A DNA stretch of 63,552 nucleotides, filler included, from Octopus bimaculoides (GCF_001194135.2; 7 parts of 6 records of this genome joined end to end with filler, not necessarily neighbours in it), one strand, 5' to 3'. Shown: positions 1 to 14,180, numbered from the whole stretch's first letter. Program-made: numbers and translations. Notes: generated from the letters alone by a model not told the origin.

Positions 1-278
1 GTGCCCGCAGCATGTGTAAGGACTTTCGAGCGAGATCGTTGCCAGTGCCCCCTGGACTGGCTCTTGTGCAGGTGGTACATAAAATACACCATTTTGAGCG
101 TGGCCGTTGCCAGTACCGCCTGACTGGCCTTCGTGCGGGTGACACGTAAAAGCACCCACTACACACTCTGAGTGGTTGGCTTTAGGAAAGGCATGGTGTA
201 GCCATTTGGTTCACCAGTCCTAAGTCAAATCGTCCAAACCATGCTAGCATGGAAAGCGGACGTTAAACGACGACGATT
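1..278 (+). mobile_element. RTE-type retroposon 3-prime tail / SINE (family A), partial
   Basis: It has gcctgactggc...gcacgtaaaagcacc subrepeats, ggttggc(g)ttaggaa(g)ggcat, the terminus catgctagcatggaaagcggacgttaaac and a (GAC/GAT)n tail. The same sequence recurs many times in the window. Confidence 0.75.
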
Positions 279-1379
279 GTTATTTAAAGGTTCTCAAGTG
301 CACACCTTATCGTTGCTTTAAAAACTATAATAAAGAAAAAGAGGCTCTGGATACTATATACCTTCATGTACACTGTATTTTTTTGGTATGGGGAACCAAT
401 TTATTATTGGGTCATTTGGTAAAATCTTTCTAAGGTTAATGTTTTGCAGACTGAATGGTTGTTTAATATCTTATGCAAGTGTTAGGAGAGAAACAGTCAA
501 TGATTGAAACATGTACTTGAGCATTGTTGTTAGTCACCAGTTCTCAACGAAAATATTTGGGGGTTTTAAAAAATTCACTTTTCCATATTCTTTACAATTT
601 GAATGTTATAAGTATAGAAATTCCATATTCTTTACAATTTTACATTAAAAAGGGTAGCTTCCTGGCAATGAGGAACTGTCATCTAGCATGTGTAATGAGA
701 GTGGTTTTTATGTTGGGGATTGTTCATGAAATATTATCACAAGTTTAGGTTTTCTTTATAACAAGTTACACTTCATGTTACTGAGCTTTAATAAATTTCC
801 AACTCTCCTTTAATGGGTAGAATAATGGTTTTACACTGATGAAGTGAGCTGTTTTATTAATGAATTAATCAATGGATTTTGACAATGCAGATGAATTTGA
901 GTATCATCTATATAAAATTGCTTTGTGTATGTGATAACACACATTCATAAAGAGAAGAAAAGAGTTGATATTCTCAAGTTTATGGAAGATGAGAGGATAG
1001 TAAATGGTACCATTGACACAAGTATACAGACAATTTGTCATGTGAATATCTCATAAAGAATTAGTTTAACCAGGTTTGCTAGGAGTTAGCAATATTGATT
1101 TCTCTTCATTTCTTATGACTAGTAACCACATGTGTTTTACATTGACAAGTACAACACAGCAGATATAATTTTAGGAATCTATTGTTAAGTCACTCATAAA
1201 ATAAGGATTCAGTTTCCTTAGAGAGGATTTCTTTTTGCCACACATTAGAGAGCAACAGAGCCAGCAATTTCTGCACATAAAAGCATTCTTTCATATTTTT
1301 TGATAAATATTCTTATTTATGCTTTTGGTTTTTTTTTTAATTGCTTGTTAATTCCCTGTACATGTTTTAAGGCTAAACA

Positions 1380-2460
1380 TGTGGCTGATACAAAGTTCCA
1401 GCCAGACCAAGAGCGGTGGAACAGTGAAGTAGACAAAACCATAAGAGTGGAAGGGTTTGGAGAATGAGAGCAACTGAGAACTGTTATTACGAAAGGCTAC
1501 TTATTTTGGAGAACACATTCAAAAAGAAGAGACATCCTAATGTGAAGCTGATGAAGGGACCAGCTATTATAGTTGGCAACAGTATGATAGATAAAGCAGT
1601 TAAAGGTATGAAGAAACCAAGCCCCTGGTCCATCAGGAATTACTGCCGAGATGCTTGCAATATCTGGTAGAGTGGAATACAACAAAGTCACTTCAATAAA
1701 TAATCAGGTTGCATAGAGAGAGGTCATTTCAAATTGGTATAAAGATTGCTAGACCAGGTCATGGAAGTGTTATGTTTAATTATTTTGGAAGAGATTTAAC
1801 TTAGATGAGAGATGTAGTTTGGTTTGTGCCAGGAAGAAGCACTCCTGATATACTTTCTAGTAAGGTGATTTAGCCAAAAGTAAACTGCAGTCCTTGGCAT
1901 TTGCCAACATTGGAAAAGTCTTTGACAGGATCCTTCCTTCTTCAATCTGGTAGTTGCTGTAGAAGATATGAGTAGGGAAATAGCTAGTGAAAGAAGTCCA
2001 AGCTATGGGCAGGGGTTAGAGTTAGTAATGAATTTAGTGAACAGGTAGGACTTCACCAGGGCTTGGTTTTCAGTCTCTTTATATTTATCATAATCCTTCA
2101 AACCATAATAGAGGAGTTTAAGGCTGATTGCTCTTAGGAACTCTTCTATGCTGTTGACATTGTTATTGTAGCTGAATGTGTAGAAGTAATAGTGAACAAG
2201 AAAACAAACTGCTAATCCTTTTAGGTTTGATATGTAGAAAAGATGTACCCAGTGCAAGCTATGGACATATGAGATGCAGTAGAGTCACAGGAAGGTGCAA
2301 TAAACCCTAAGAACATAGGAAATAGAGTTTCTGAAATGACCAGAAGGATCCTTAGAGGTAGTAGATAGTCTCTCTTATATAGGTGACCTAATTAGCAGTA
2401 GAAGATGTTCTAAAAGTATAATTATTAGAATAAGAGCCAGCTTGAAAATGTTCAGATAGC
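1380..2460 (+). mobile_element. Decayed RTE-clade LINE reverse transcriptase fragment
   Basis: Frameshifted motifs DEM*FGFVPGRSTPD (RTE consensus DEMQFGFVPGRSTTDAIF), VGLHQGLVFS and ELFYAVDIVIVAE (consensus ELLYADDL), with many stops. Confidence 0.85.
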
Positions 2461-2483
2461 TATTACCTCACTTTATAACAAAA

Positions 2484-2507
2484 TCTCTCTCTCTCTCTCT
2501 GTCTCTG

Positions 2508-2542
<35 letters not shown>

Positions 2543-2572
2543 GTCTCTCTCTCTCTTTATCTNNNNNNNNNN

Positions 2573-2636
<64 letters not shown>
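2484..2636. repeat. (CT)n microsatellite with a small gap
   Basis: Read directly from the sequence. Confidence 0.95.
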
Positions 2637-2642
<6 letters not shown>

Positions 2643-3636
2643 TGTGATACTTGTGTACAAACAGTAGTGTTGCCCAGTAGTGAAACATAGGTCATGAATG
2701 CCGAGAATATGAAAAAAGTTGTTGATAAGAATTACCAACAAAGACATAGTTGATAAATATGCACAGGTGTTGCGGATTAAGCTTAATTACTAATAAACAT
2801 CAGCTTGGATGACACTTTACTCAGCTGACAGAGGAAGATGACTGATCAAACTGGTTATGTAAACAGAATTCTTTTCTTGCCTATTCTTGTTGAAACCTTT
2901 GATACGGATGTCAAAATATTAATCCCTTTCACACTTATAAAATGTCAAGCAAATTTTAAAATTTGCCATTACTGTTATTGTCAGTATGGGCAGAACTTAT
3001 GAATTGTTTACTGTGAAGGGGAAATTAAATATATTGAATATGAATTTGAATGTGACAATAGAGTCAAAATTCGAAATTGGCATAATCAGTACAACAAACT
3101 TAAAACTGTGCCTAGTAATAAATAGACAAAAATAAAAATATACAATCAAGATTATCCATATCATTACATTTTTTCAGTCAGGAATATCCATATCATTATG
3201 TATGTCAATGGTGTTCCATTGTGATAGGTAGAAACTCCAAGCAATGTAAAATATGGCCCGAACTGTGCTTACCAACATGAACATCAGACTTCAAGAAGTA
3301 GTCAACTATTTAATGGTTTTAGTAAATTTATACAGAAAAAGTAAGCATTATACTGTCCAGCATAAATAAAAGTCAACTTCATATTTTAGCCATTATTTTT
3401 TCTAAAACCTATTCTTACGTTAAACGAGAAAACTTCTGGTCCGAATTTTTACGTTTGGTACGTCTTTTTGCAACAAAAAAGATTTCAAAAAAATTCTGGA
3501 AATAATCTACTCATTTAGTTTATGCATCCCCTAAAGTTTATTTTTATTTTTGCGATAATAAGTACGTAAATTACATGGGTTTTTACAGTCAAATCAAATC
3601 ACAATCATGATAAGCACTATTGATTCATGTGTGGGT

Positions 3637-3907
3637 CACTGCCAGAGCTGCCTGACTGGCTCCCTGTGCCGGTGACACGTAAAAAGCACCATCTGAATGT
3701 GGCTGATGCCAGTGCCGCATGACTGGCTCTCATGTCAGTGGCACGTAAAAAGCACCCACTACATTCTCGGAGTGGTTGATGTTGGGAAGGGCATCCAACT
3801 GTAGAAACTCTGCCAGATCAGATAGGAGCTTGGTGCAGCCATCTGGATTGCCAGTCCTCAGTCAAACCATCCAACCCATGCCAGCATGGAAAATGGACGT
3901 TAATTGA

Positions 3908-3941
<34 letters not shown>

Positions 3942-4010
3942 GGTGGTGGTGGTGACAGTGATGATGGTGGTGATGAAGATGATGGTGATGATGATGATGA
4001 TGATGATGAT
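3637..4010 (+). mobile_element. Family A retroposon tail with a (GAT)n/(GGT)n tail
   Basis: Homologous to 1-278 and 7196-7431. It ends about 70 nt upstream of the SLC33A1 acceptor. Confidence 0.75.
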
Positions 4011-4082
4011 GTAGTATGTATATATATATATATATATAATGGCTATTTTCACCTGTAAGTTTTCCTTAACATTCTCTTTCAG

Positions 4083-4267
4083 ATCGGTTTTGCCGCTTGT
4101 GATACTTTGACAGGATTGAAACTGATTGAAGCAGGTATTCCAAAAGAACTGTTAGCATTATTTGCCATTCCTCTCATACCAATCCAGATAATTCTTCCAC
4201 TTGTAATCAGCCGCTATACAAATGGTCCTAGACCTATGGATATTTACTTGAAAGCTTTTCCATGCAG
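4083..4267 (+). CDS. SLC33A1: Internal coding exon of acetyl-CoA transporter 1 (equivalent to human exon 3)
   Basis: The acceptor ctctttcag and donor gtaatc flank a 185-nt exon, phase 0 to 2. It translates to IGFAACDTLTGLKLIEAGIPKELLALFAIPLIPIQIILPLVISRYTNGPRPMDIYLKAFPC(R). This matches the human SLC33A1 segment as I recall it (IGFSAADAVTGLKLVEEGVPKEHLALLAVPMVPLQIILPLIISKYTAGPQP). Confidence 0.95.
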
Positions 4268-6449
4268 GTAATCTCTTTAAAGATTATAAATTATATGTAC
4301 TATTTTGTTGCAATAACATTTTAATGAGACTAATGAATGGAGTATTGCATTACAAAGTTGGTAACTAAAATTCATATCTTTGGTTTTTGCTTCTCTGTTT
4401 GCATTTCTTGGCATAAAAAAAAAGTACAAGTGATTTCATGGACATTTCATTTTTCATTAAGAACAATGACTCTGATATTAATATAATGAATTACTAGGTA
4501 CAGATTGTAAACTCAGTCTTTTCTCTTGCCATTCATCCTGTTGTGCTTTATCCAAACATAAAAAATTTTTCCATGTATACTAAAATTATTATCATAAAAC
4601 AGTAAAAGAAAGTCATATTACAATATGAAATAGTTTCAAATTTAATGACAATGTATTATCAGAGTAACAATAATAGGGAGGTTAAAAGACTGGTCTAATG
4701 TCTACATGGTAACAAGTTCAAACATAAATACTTCATTGTGTTATGCCTCTGAGCAAAGGACATAGTTTTGCTTGTTTCAGTTAATGTGATTGATAATTTA
4801 TAAACCTTCTATTTTATTGAGTAATTATTAAGAGGATAAACAACCAGCTATAATAATTACTGTAAGCAAAACTACCTTAATCATTCTAGTGTAGAAAATA
4901 AGCTAAAATTTAATTACTGAAATATCTGAGTTCCATGTTAGTTATGATGTTAATAGTAAGCAGTAACTACATCTTAATGTTCTCCTTCAATTACTTTTGC
5001 TTGTGTTTGCCTATTTATCTTCCATTATTCAAATCAACATTTACAGCCAAAATGAAATTTGCTGTAACATAAATATGGCTTCAACGACAAACAGCAAATT
5101 AGAATTGCTGTCCCTTACTCTATCTCAGTGTGTCTGCCTTCTAATATTTACATGAGTTCAGATCTTGTGTTTTAAACAACTTGTTTTCAGATTAGGGCTG
5201 TAGTAATATTTATGTGCGTTGTTAACGCCCCTTTATATTTTAGAATAGATTAACATGCAGTTGCATGTGTTAGAGCACTCTCATTGTGAATTTTAATTTT
5301 TCTTATGTTTAGGTTGTCATTTAGCTAAGACATTTTACCACTGATTATTATGTATATGGAATACTAATTTAAATTACTAGTATTTGTGATATGGAAATTG
5401 TGGGCCTATATATGGGCAACAACAAGAACATGATCAGAAGCATAACTGGAATGGTGTAACTGGAGGCAAAATTCAAACATATCTAACCAATGCCACATCA
5501 ATAAAATAGAAAAAGAAATAAGAAAATGTGTTCCACCCTGCCAAATCAATAGCAAAAACAATTAGCAGATTTAAAGAAAAACAAGTCATCACATCTGCTT
5601 TATTACACTCAAGTCACTGACTTTAATCAAATGACCATCCGCACATATATAAAATCTAATGTACCCATCACCTAATTCAAGTTCATGTGATACAAAAAAA
5701 TTTTCATTTACATAGGCTCAATATCCTTCTTCTTGACTTCCGAAAGATTATTTGTTCTCCCCCACTCTCTTTCTCTCTGTCGCTGCTCTGAAGTCAGGTT
5801 CACATATGACTCTTCTGTGAAGAATTTAATGCCTAAACTTTCTACTAATTAAGACAGTCTTGCTTAGAGACTTAGTTTTATCAGTATTGTTTCCTGCCCT
5901 TTATTTGCACATATCCAGCTGATGCAGGACCAAAAATATTTGTTGTTTTAAGCAATATTTACCATCTAAACTTTGTTCTCACTAGAATTCATGACTACAT
6001 ATCTAAGCACTTACTTCCAAAACAAAAGCCAGTTTCTGTACCTCTGACTTGCTCTATCGAAACCTTTTAGATACTACCTTTCTCAAATATACACCAAGAG
6101 TCTACACAAGATTACAATGAGCAACAAGCAACATGGCATGAAGGCAATATAAAACCAGTTCTGAACTTCGTGACAATCCACTTCCAGTAACAACCATATC
6201 ACAAATATGAAAATTAAGTTTTATTTGTCTCTATTGGAAAAATAAACGTGATGTAGTACATTAGTTGTTGCTCTGAAAATCTACTTTGTCAAAAGTTTGA
6301 AAGGAAGATCTATGTTTACATTGATCAACCAACTGATGCAAGACACAAGGATAAAATTAAAAAATTTACTTTATATATGGAATCATGCTTACTGGAAGTC
6401 ACTTGTTGGGTGTGTCCAAATTTGCTGACGTATTTTTTTTTTTCTACAG

Positions 6450-6570
6450 GCTTCTAATGTCAATACCATATGCAGGTCTTGTTTATATGGCAAGTCATGT
6501 TCAGACAGAACCTGGAGTTTTCCCTGTATACTTTTACTGGATTACTATAATCTTTTATGCCTTACATCAG
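6450..6570 (+). CDS. SLC33A1: Next internal coding exon of acetyl-CoA transporter 1 (equivalent to human exon 4)
   Basis: A polypyrimidine tract plus ctacag acceptor and a gtacgt donor flank a 121-nt exon. Its phase 2 start completes the Arg codon from the previous exon. It translates to (R)LLMSIPYAGLVYMASHVQTEPGVFPVYFYWITIIFYALHQ, similar to human RLLLGLEYALLVWWTPKVEHQGGFPIYYYIVVLLSYALHQ. Confidence 0.93.
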
Positions 6571-6847
6571 GTACGTTTTGTAGAAAATTTTTAATTAATT
6601 GTAATGACAGTTTTATGACTTTCACAGATGTTGTTTAGATATATTTAATTCATTTACAAATACAGTTTCCTAATTCATAAATGTACATATGTGCACATGT
6701 ATGTATATATGGATTGTATGTGTGTATATGTATGTTTATAACTGTATGTGTGATAGGTACATGTATGGTTGTGTACATATGTAATTGATATTGTTGCCAT
6801 GTTGTCATCAGTTCTAGTTTACTGCATGACACTTTAGTCAAGCGCCT

Positions 6848-7095
6848 TCATCATCATCATCATCATCGTTTAACGTCCGCTTTCCATGCTACCATGGGTT
6901 GGATGATTTGACTGAGGACTGGTGAAACCGGATGGCAACACCAGGCTCCAATCTGATTTGGCAGAGTTTCTACAGCTGGATGCCCTTCCTAACGCCAACC
7001 ACTCAGAGAGTATAGTGGGTGCTTTTACGTGTCACCCGCACAAAGGCCAGTCAGGCGGTACTGGCAACGGCCACGCTCAAAATGGTGTATTTTAT
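6848..7095 (-). mobile_element. Family A retroposon tail, minus strand
   Basis: (CAT)n is followed by ttaacgtccgctttccatgct...ggatgcccttcctaacgccaacc. Nearly identical to 19081-19320. Confidence 0.8.
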
Positions 7096-7195
7096 NNNNN
7101 NNNNNNNNNNNNNNNNNNNNNNNNNNNNNNNNNNNNNNNTTAATTAATTAANNNNNNNNNNNNNNNNNNNNNNNNNNNNNNNNNNNNNNNNNNNN
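7096..7195. other. Assembly pad (44 N + TTAATTAATTAA + 44 N); pad motifs also at 19365, 25646, 47651, 51307 and 62256
   Basis: An identical 100-bp construct occurs six times. The 12-mer places stops in all six frames. Confidence 0.95.
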
Positions 7196-7431
7196 GGCAC
7201 ATAAAAGACACCATTTCGAGCGTGGCCGTTTTCGTGCGGGTGACACGTAAAAGCACCCACTACACTCTCTGAGTGGTTGGCGTTAGGAAGGGCATCCAGC
7301 TGTAGAAACTCTGCCAAATCAGACTGGAGCCTGGTGTTGCCATCCGGTTTCACCAGTCCTCAGTCAAATCGTCCAACCCATGCTAGCATGGAAAGCGGAC
7401 GTTAAACGATGATGATGATGATGATGATGAT
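7196..7431 (+). mobile_element. Family A retroposon tail, plus strand
   Basis: Reverse complement of 6848-7095, with a (GAT)n tail. Confidence 0.8.
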
Positions 7432-7461
7432 ATGTATATACACATATATATATGTGTGCGT

Positions 7462-7622
7462 AGGCACAGGTGTGGCTGTGTAGTAGGAAGCTTGTTTCTC
7501 AGCCACATAGTTCCAGGTTCAGTCTCACTGCATGAGACCGTGGGCAAGTATCATCTACTATAGCCTCAGGCTGACCAAAGCCTTGGAAGTGGATTTCGTA
7601 GACGAAAACTGAAAGAAACCGA

Positions 7623-7717
<95 letters not shown>

Positions 7718-7910
7718 AATTGACCCCTATTCTTTGTAAGCCTAGTACTTATTCTATCATTTCCTTTTGCCAAACTGCTAAGTTATGGGGACGTAAACAC
7801 ACCAACATTGGTTGTCAAGTGATGGTGTGGGGACAAACACACACACACACACATATACGGCAGGCTTCTTTTAGTCTCCACTCACAAGGCTTTGAAGACA
7901 CTTGCCTAAG
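7462..7910. mobile_element. Two opposed copies of a tRNA-derived CORE-type SINE (family B, OR2-like) around a (GT)n(AT)n tract
   Basis: 7462-7625 (+) has a tRNA-like head (tggctgtgtagtag...ggttcagtc) and a CORE-like gggcaagt. 7716-7910 is a minus-strand copy. Confidence 0.7.
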
Positions 7911-8270
7911 GGTTCAAGGTCTCCATTGTTGATAACTGTGGAGTCTAGGAAGATGAAGGAGTTGACAAACTCCACAGCGTCAGGACCAATATGGAGAGAG
8001 GAAGGGTCTGACCCATCAATGATACACATCAACTTGGTCTTCACCCGACTCACCTGAAGGCCAAGCTTTGTTGATTCCTCTTCGTGTATGGTCAATGTGT
8101 CCCTGTGCTGGTCAAATGAGTTGCTGAACGGGGTGGTATCATTTGCATGCTCCAGGTTTGTAAGATGGTAGTTCCTGAAGGTAACACCAGAGGTAATTGA
8201 TGACATGGCTGAAGAGGTTAGGGGCAGCCACACAGCCCTGTCTGACCCTGCTGTTGATGTGCCCTCAGGG
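7895..8270 (-). mobile_element. RTE-clade LINE RT fragment
   Basis: ORF 7871-8233 reads LTNLEHANDTTPF (degenerate LxDLDYADD), KLGLQVSRVKTKLM and VEFVNSFIFLDS (degenerate F.YLGS). Confidence 0.8.
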
Positions 8271-8709
8271 GAAAGAATTATTAATATCGTTATTCAGCTA
8301 TTTTTGTAACAGGTTTTAAATTGTAAATCTTTTGAAAAGTCCTATTCCATCTTCTTGCTGCTTTTTTTTGTTGTTTGGTTGGAGAAAGCAGGAATACTGA
8401 GTGCATGACAAATTCAGGGGTGGTGCTACATCTTTGAGGATCAAATTATTTCTGGCATTGCTGAAGACAAATCTTTTAGATTTGTCTTGTACAACATTTC
8501 AGGCAGTAATAGCAATAATGTGTGTTAATATTGCCATCATTCCGATTATATCCAAGCCTTCCCTTTCACTACCTCTTGGAATAGGGTAAAATCTACCTTG
8601 TTTTTGTTTGGAATATGGAAAGAACATTGCAAGTAAGAAGGGTCAATTGCCTCAACTAAATGTTGTTGATTTCCCAACAGGCTTTCAGTTACGACAGAAG
8701 CAAGATCTT

Positions 8710-8744
<35 letters not shown>

Positions 8745-10009
8745 CCCCTCTCTCTCTCCATTGCATTGACATTATAATTAGCTTGTATACTACCCAGAAA
8801 ATAGTTTGATGGCACTGCATTGCGTATTTTCCTTATATTCACTTATAGGTTAAAACAGGTGTGTTGCGGCATCTGAAAATGGTAGTCTTTCAACTTCATT
8901 CCTAACCAGTCACATATAAACAAGAGTCTAAGCATCTCAGGAAAAGAATACAAAGGAAAGACACTACTTACTGCTATTGAGAGCACCGTTTCTCATGTTG
9001 TCAAGCTTAGATAGAATATTATAAAATCACATTAGAACAGTAATTTCCTGAAGCACAAAGATTTATCTTCTCACTCATTTCCTGCCCAACAAGCCAGACG
9101 CACTACTCATACATAGAGGGCTTTGTAGATAGAGTTTTCCAAATAAATAAATGTAAAAGTAGCATTTATGAAATTCACCATTTTCTTTCTTATCAACAAT
9201 ACCAGAGAATACCGTCATATTCAACCGAATGAAGATAAATTATAGAAATCGAAATTATGCATAGATATACTTAGAACACTTTCAAGTACCATATTTGGTC
9301 AATACAAGGAAGAAAGAATATATTAGATCTATCATGGATTGTAAACAGTCGCGCCTGGCTCTTAGTCTCTCTGCAATAAATAAAATAATGCAAAACGCAA
9401 AACACCACACTCTACACATCAAAAGTTGTACAGTTCACATCTGATCATTTACACAATAAGGCGAAAATGCTAAAAGTGAAAGGTGATTGAGACGTATGAG
9501 GGACCTTGTGTGTTGTCACAGCAAGCTTCAACCTAAGCATTTCACACCATGAAATGTCCAGTCATCCTCAAATTTCTGTAAAGGACCCTCAGATGCTACT
9601 ATAACACCAACTAGTCCAGTCAGATATTAATAAGACACATACAATGATATAAAAAAGAGAAAAAATTAAAGTTCATTAGTTCTGGAATGCATATTGCTGC
9701 AGATATGTGGACAGTGGAAAAGAACAGCTATTGAACTATGACTGAGTCTCCTTTGCCATTTCTGTTGTGGGCACCATCACTGGCTGCAATATATCCTGCA
9801 GTTGAGCATTGATAGAGTTTCTTTGCAGTCACTCTACTAAATATGGTAGCCAAATCTCCCTCAGACCACACCCATACCATTTTAAATACAGATACTTCAG
9901 ACTGGGACACTAAATTTGTGAGTTACAGACTGGAGCTTGGTGCAGCTCTTCGGCTTACCAGCTCCAGTCTTATCTGTCTTATCCTTGCTAGCATGGAAAA
10001 CAGATGCCA

Positions 10010-10043
<34 letters not shown>

Positions 10044-10140
10044 GTGGTGCTCTTTTCATTTGCCTGATTGAGTGTCATATGTCTGCTTCATGAACCCTTT
10101 AGCATTTAGACTACTCTGTGAAATTTAAAACTTATTTACT

Positions 10141-10467
10141 CTTTTATTTGTTTCGGTCATTTGACTGTGGCCATGCTGGAGCACTGCCTTCAGTTGAAGA
10201 AATCGACCCCAGGACTTATTCTTTGTAAGTCACGGAAACGTAAACACACCAACATTGGTTGTGAAGTGATGGTTGGGGCGCAAACACACACACACACACA
10301 CACACATATACAGAACGGGCTTCTTTCAGTTTCTACCAAATCCACTTGCGAGGCTTTGGTCAGCCTGAGGCTATAGAAGAAAACTATTTACCCAAGGCGC
10401 CATGCAGTGGGACTGAACCTAGAACCACGTGGTTGGGAAGCAAGCTTCTTACCACACAGCCACTCCT
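10141..10467 (-). mobile_element. Full-length family B SINE with an internal (CA)n microsatellite
   Basis: On the minus strand it has a tRNA head, CORE-like ccttgggtaaat, an internal (GT)n, a 3-prime half containing ggggtcgattt and an A-rich tail. Confidence 0.75.
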
Positions 10468-11116
10468 GTTCACATTATTTTGAATTAATCGTGGATTATC
10501 TCTTAGCTTTCAGACTTCAGTGATATGATTGTTTATTTTCAGAATGATATTGTAAGGTAGGGGTAACAGGTCATATCTTGACAGTTTGATCATAAAACAA
10601 GCAGAATATATGAGTCATGTATGACCAGTTTAAATGTTAAAAGATTAAGGCTGATCTTGGCTACACAATCAATGACTGGTATTTATTCTTATTACCGCTC
10701 TCCTAACACTGATAATAAAATTTAAAACCATCTTCCAGGATGAGTTTCACAGAGACCAATACATCTGTGATTCTACTATCACTTGTCCATTTCTTTTTCT
10801 CTGCATGAAACATGAAGCAATAAGGCAAACAACACTGTTACCAATTTATATCAAATTAGAATTTAAAAAAAAAATTAAATGCTTCTATGACTAAGATAAA
10901 TTATTATTGATATGGTTGTAATATTCGTGACTAATCTTGAGTTAAGACTTGAACATATTTTATCTTTTAATATTTATATCTAGTTTGTGTTTTGATCAAG
11001 TGTGATTTCAAATCATTATCAGTTTTAATCCAATTCAATAGTTTCAACACATTCAGGAATAGCACACCTAATGGGGATTGGAGATGAAATCAGTCCAACA
11101 TAATGTATATATATAA

Positions 11117-11500
11117 GCAAGCACAGAATGGATGTGTGGTAAGAAGCTTGCTTCCCAACCACATGTCTCCGGGTTCAGTCCCATTGCACAGCACCTTGGA
11201 CAAGTGTCTTCTACTATAGCCTCAGGCCGACCATAGCCTTGTGAGTGAATTTAGCAGATGGAAGCTGAAAGAAGCCCATTGTATATATATATATGTATAT
11301 ACATGTATGTGTTTGTACCCCGCCACCACTTGACAACCAGTGTTGGTGTGTTTACCTCTCTGTAACTTAGCAGTTTGGCAAAACAGACTGATAGAGTAAG
11401 TACTGGGGTTGATTTGTTCAACTAAACCTTTTTTCAAGGTGGTGCCCCTGCATGGCCGTAGCCTTATGACTGAAACAAGTAAGAGATAAAAGATAAAACA
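11117..11500 (+). mobile_element. Full-length family B SINE
   Basis: gtgtggtaagaagcttgcttcccaaccac...ccttggacaagtgtcttctactatagcc, an internal TA/TG tract and an (AAGAT)n tail. Confidence 0.75.
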
Positions 11501-12855
11501 TTTAAAAAAATGCTCATCACTCAAAATGAGGCTAAAAGCACAAAAATTTTAAAACATTTAGATTTTTTTCTTTGTCTTTTTCAAATTGTGTTGATACACG
11601 TGAAAATGACGAGTGAATGCGACAAAGTGTATACTAGGGCATTCAAAACCACAGACTAAAACCAGTGAAAGTTTGAAATATTATAATGACAGAAGATATT
11701 TATATGGAGGATATGTTTGAAATAAGTGTTCATTTTTAAAAGTATGTAGTATAAATAAAGACCAGAAAACAGAATTTGAATTATTCAATAAAAGCGAAAG
11801 CTTAAATAAGATTTCTTAGAATTTGCCAACCTAATTCTAAAGAAGATTATACACTGACCTTAAATTAATTAATCACTGCTTTAAGACCTTTTTGCTAACA
11901 ACAATAGAAGTTATAGAAAAAGAGAAGGGAAAAGAAGGAGGAGGAGAAGAAATCATCAATAGCTTCCATGAAAAGAAAATGTCAAATCCAGAATCAGATT
12001 TCCTTCAGCTGTCATGAAGATAATAGAAAAGATTTTCGGGGATATTATTTATTAATGTTACTCAGTGTTTCAATTAAGCCTTGAGGTTTTGAAAGGAGTT
12101 TTGTGTTTGCTCTCAAAGGACTAAGTGTTTTTATTTCTTCCGTTGGCATTACAAGTGGTGTTTGGGAATTGAAGAAAACTGTAGAGGGGACTTATGGTCT
12201 TTGGTGGAATAACTGCAGGAAGTTAATTAACATTCCTAGAAATGATGTGACCGAGGGAATATTCTTGCATTCCTGCATTTACGTAATATTTTTCATAAAT
12301 ATACTATATGTGCATGCATGCGTGTATGCATGTGCACATGCGTGTTTGTGTGTTTAAGGGTGATTGTTGCATCATTGCATTTGTTGATATCAAGTCTGAG
12401 TGCATTGGCATATTGTAGTAGAATTGGGAGAGCATCAGAAGAGTTTTATCTGGGTTGATTCAGGCAGTTATTCTTCTAGGGTCACTCGTAACTTGATATT
12501 TGTGACTACTCATTTCACTGAGCCAAGAGTTTCACAGAACTAATGATAGTCTTCTTTACAAAATTCTTTATCCTGATGTAAGAAACCACTGTAATTATTA
12601 TGGTTGTGGAATGGCAGAAACAATGGACCAGACTAAATACTATTGAGCACTTAATTTTGTTCTAATTTCTGTATTTAATTTTGCTGGGTTAATTTTTTTC
12701 CAAATTTAAACTGCTCAGTACTAACCTTTCCTTTGTCTGGGAGTGAACAGAAATTGTACTGGGATTGTACTTGTTCAGTTTAGTCAACCATAGCACCTTT
12801 ATTTATAACCTGAGATAATTGATAGAATGTTATGATAATATGATGACTGCTACTA

Positions 12856-13250
12856 ATAATAATCCTTTCTGCTATTGGCACTAGGCCAGCAATTTTGAGT
12901 AAGTGGGGTTCTAGTTGATACCATCATCATCCCCAATACACAACTGGTACTTTATTTTTATCAAAAACAATAACTCATTTCAGAAATACAGAAAGGATGA
13001 AAGGCAAAGTTGACCTCAGCAGCTTTTGAACTGAGAAAATAAAGATGGACGAAATGCTGCTAAGCTTTGTGTGCAGCATACTAATGTTTCTGCCAGCTCA
13101 TCACTTTTAGCTTCTACTGATAATAATGATTTCAAATTTTTGCACAAAGCCAGGAATTTTAGGGGAGGGGATAAGTCAATTACATCAACCTTAGTGTTCA
13201 GCTGGTACTTATCTTGTCAACCCTGAAAGGATGAAAGGTAAAGTTGATAA
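12856..13250 (-). mobile_element. Two copies of a second tRNA-derived SINE (family C, Nin-like central domain)
   Basis: gaaaggatgaaaggcaaagttgacctc and ctggtactt motifs are shared with 49978-50165 and 50271-50485. Confidence 0.6.
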
Positions 13251-14180
13251 CAACATTATTACTGATGTGGATATAGTTGAGATAGTCAAATACCAAACCA
13301 AATTCTTTTACAGAATTTATTTTTCAAAAATTATTTCACCTTTTACAGCTCTGAGTTCAAGTCACACCATGGTTAAATTTGCTTTTTATCCCTCTGTGTA
13401 GAAACAAAGGTAGTTGAAGCAAATAATCATTTACAAATATGGTCTTGTATTTACAAATTGAACCAATATTAGTATGTAATATTCATCATCATCACAATTC
13501 TTTTTCTTAGCGGTTTCCTGTTTTGGTATGCTAGCATAGTTCTTCAGATTTGGATATTAGTATGCAAATTGTTTGAGTAAGTGTTTTCACAGCTGGATAG
13601 CTTTTCTTAGTGCTAACTGCTCAACTGCGAAATGGAATTTCTATATTTCTGAAATGAGTTATTGCTTGAGAATTATATATTGGTCAAACTATTATAGATT
13701 GGACAACCTATTAACCTCATCATGAATGTATTTGTGTTGAAACTGTGTATTATGTATGCTTCAAGGTTGTGTGTTCAATCATAGCACAGACCAAGTGTGT
13801 ATGAAAATATTTGATAATTGAAAATGATTAAAGAATATACTAATCAAAAACATAGTGTAAATATAAATGCAAAGAAAATAATAAATAACATCAATCCAAC
13901 TTTATGAAGCAGATTGGTGGAATAGATTAGTTATTAATCTACCATATCATATTTGATTGTGCATGTGTATTGCTAGAATATTATTCTGTCTCATTTTGGA
14001 TGGTTGTGGTGAGGCTATGCTAGAGCTTCAGAGAAAGTTAACTGCATAAGGAAAGTATATTATTGTAGAGAACAAGATTAAAACTGCTTTAACTATCTGT
14101 ACCAAGCATGGCTGTTTGGTGAAAGAATTTACTTTACAGTCATATTGTCTTGAAGGATCAATCTCAGTGTGTGTGTGTGT

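Noticed and set aside
581-640. Short exact 20-bp duplication (similar cases at about 16504 and 49618)
   Set aside because: These are ordinary slippage duplications. They have no spacer array and are not CRISPR-like.
6922-7353. Repeated 73-aa ORF MKPDGNTRLQSDLAEFLQ (also at 19155)
   Set aside because: It is an antisense reading of a non-coding retroposon tail that runs into N gaps.
12103-12357. 84-aa ORF MFALKGLSVF inside the intron
   Set aside because: I recognised no domain or splice support, and it ends in TG-rich repeat.
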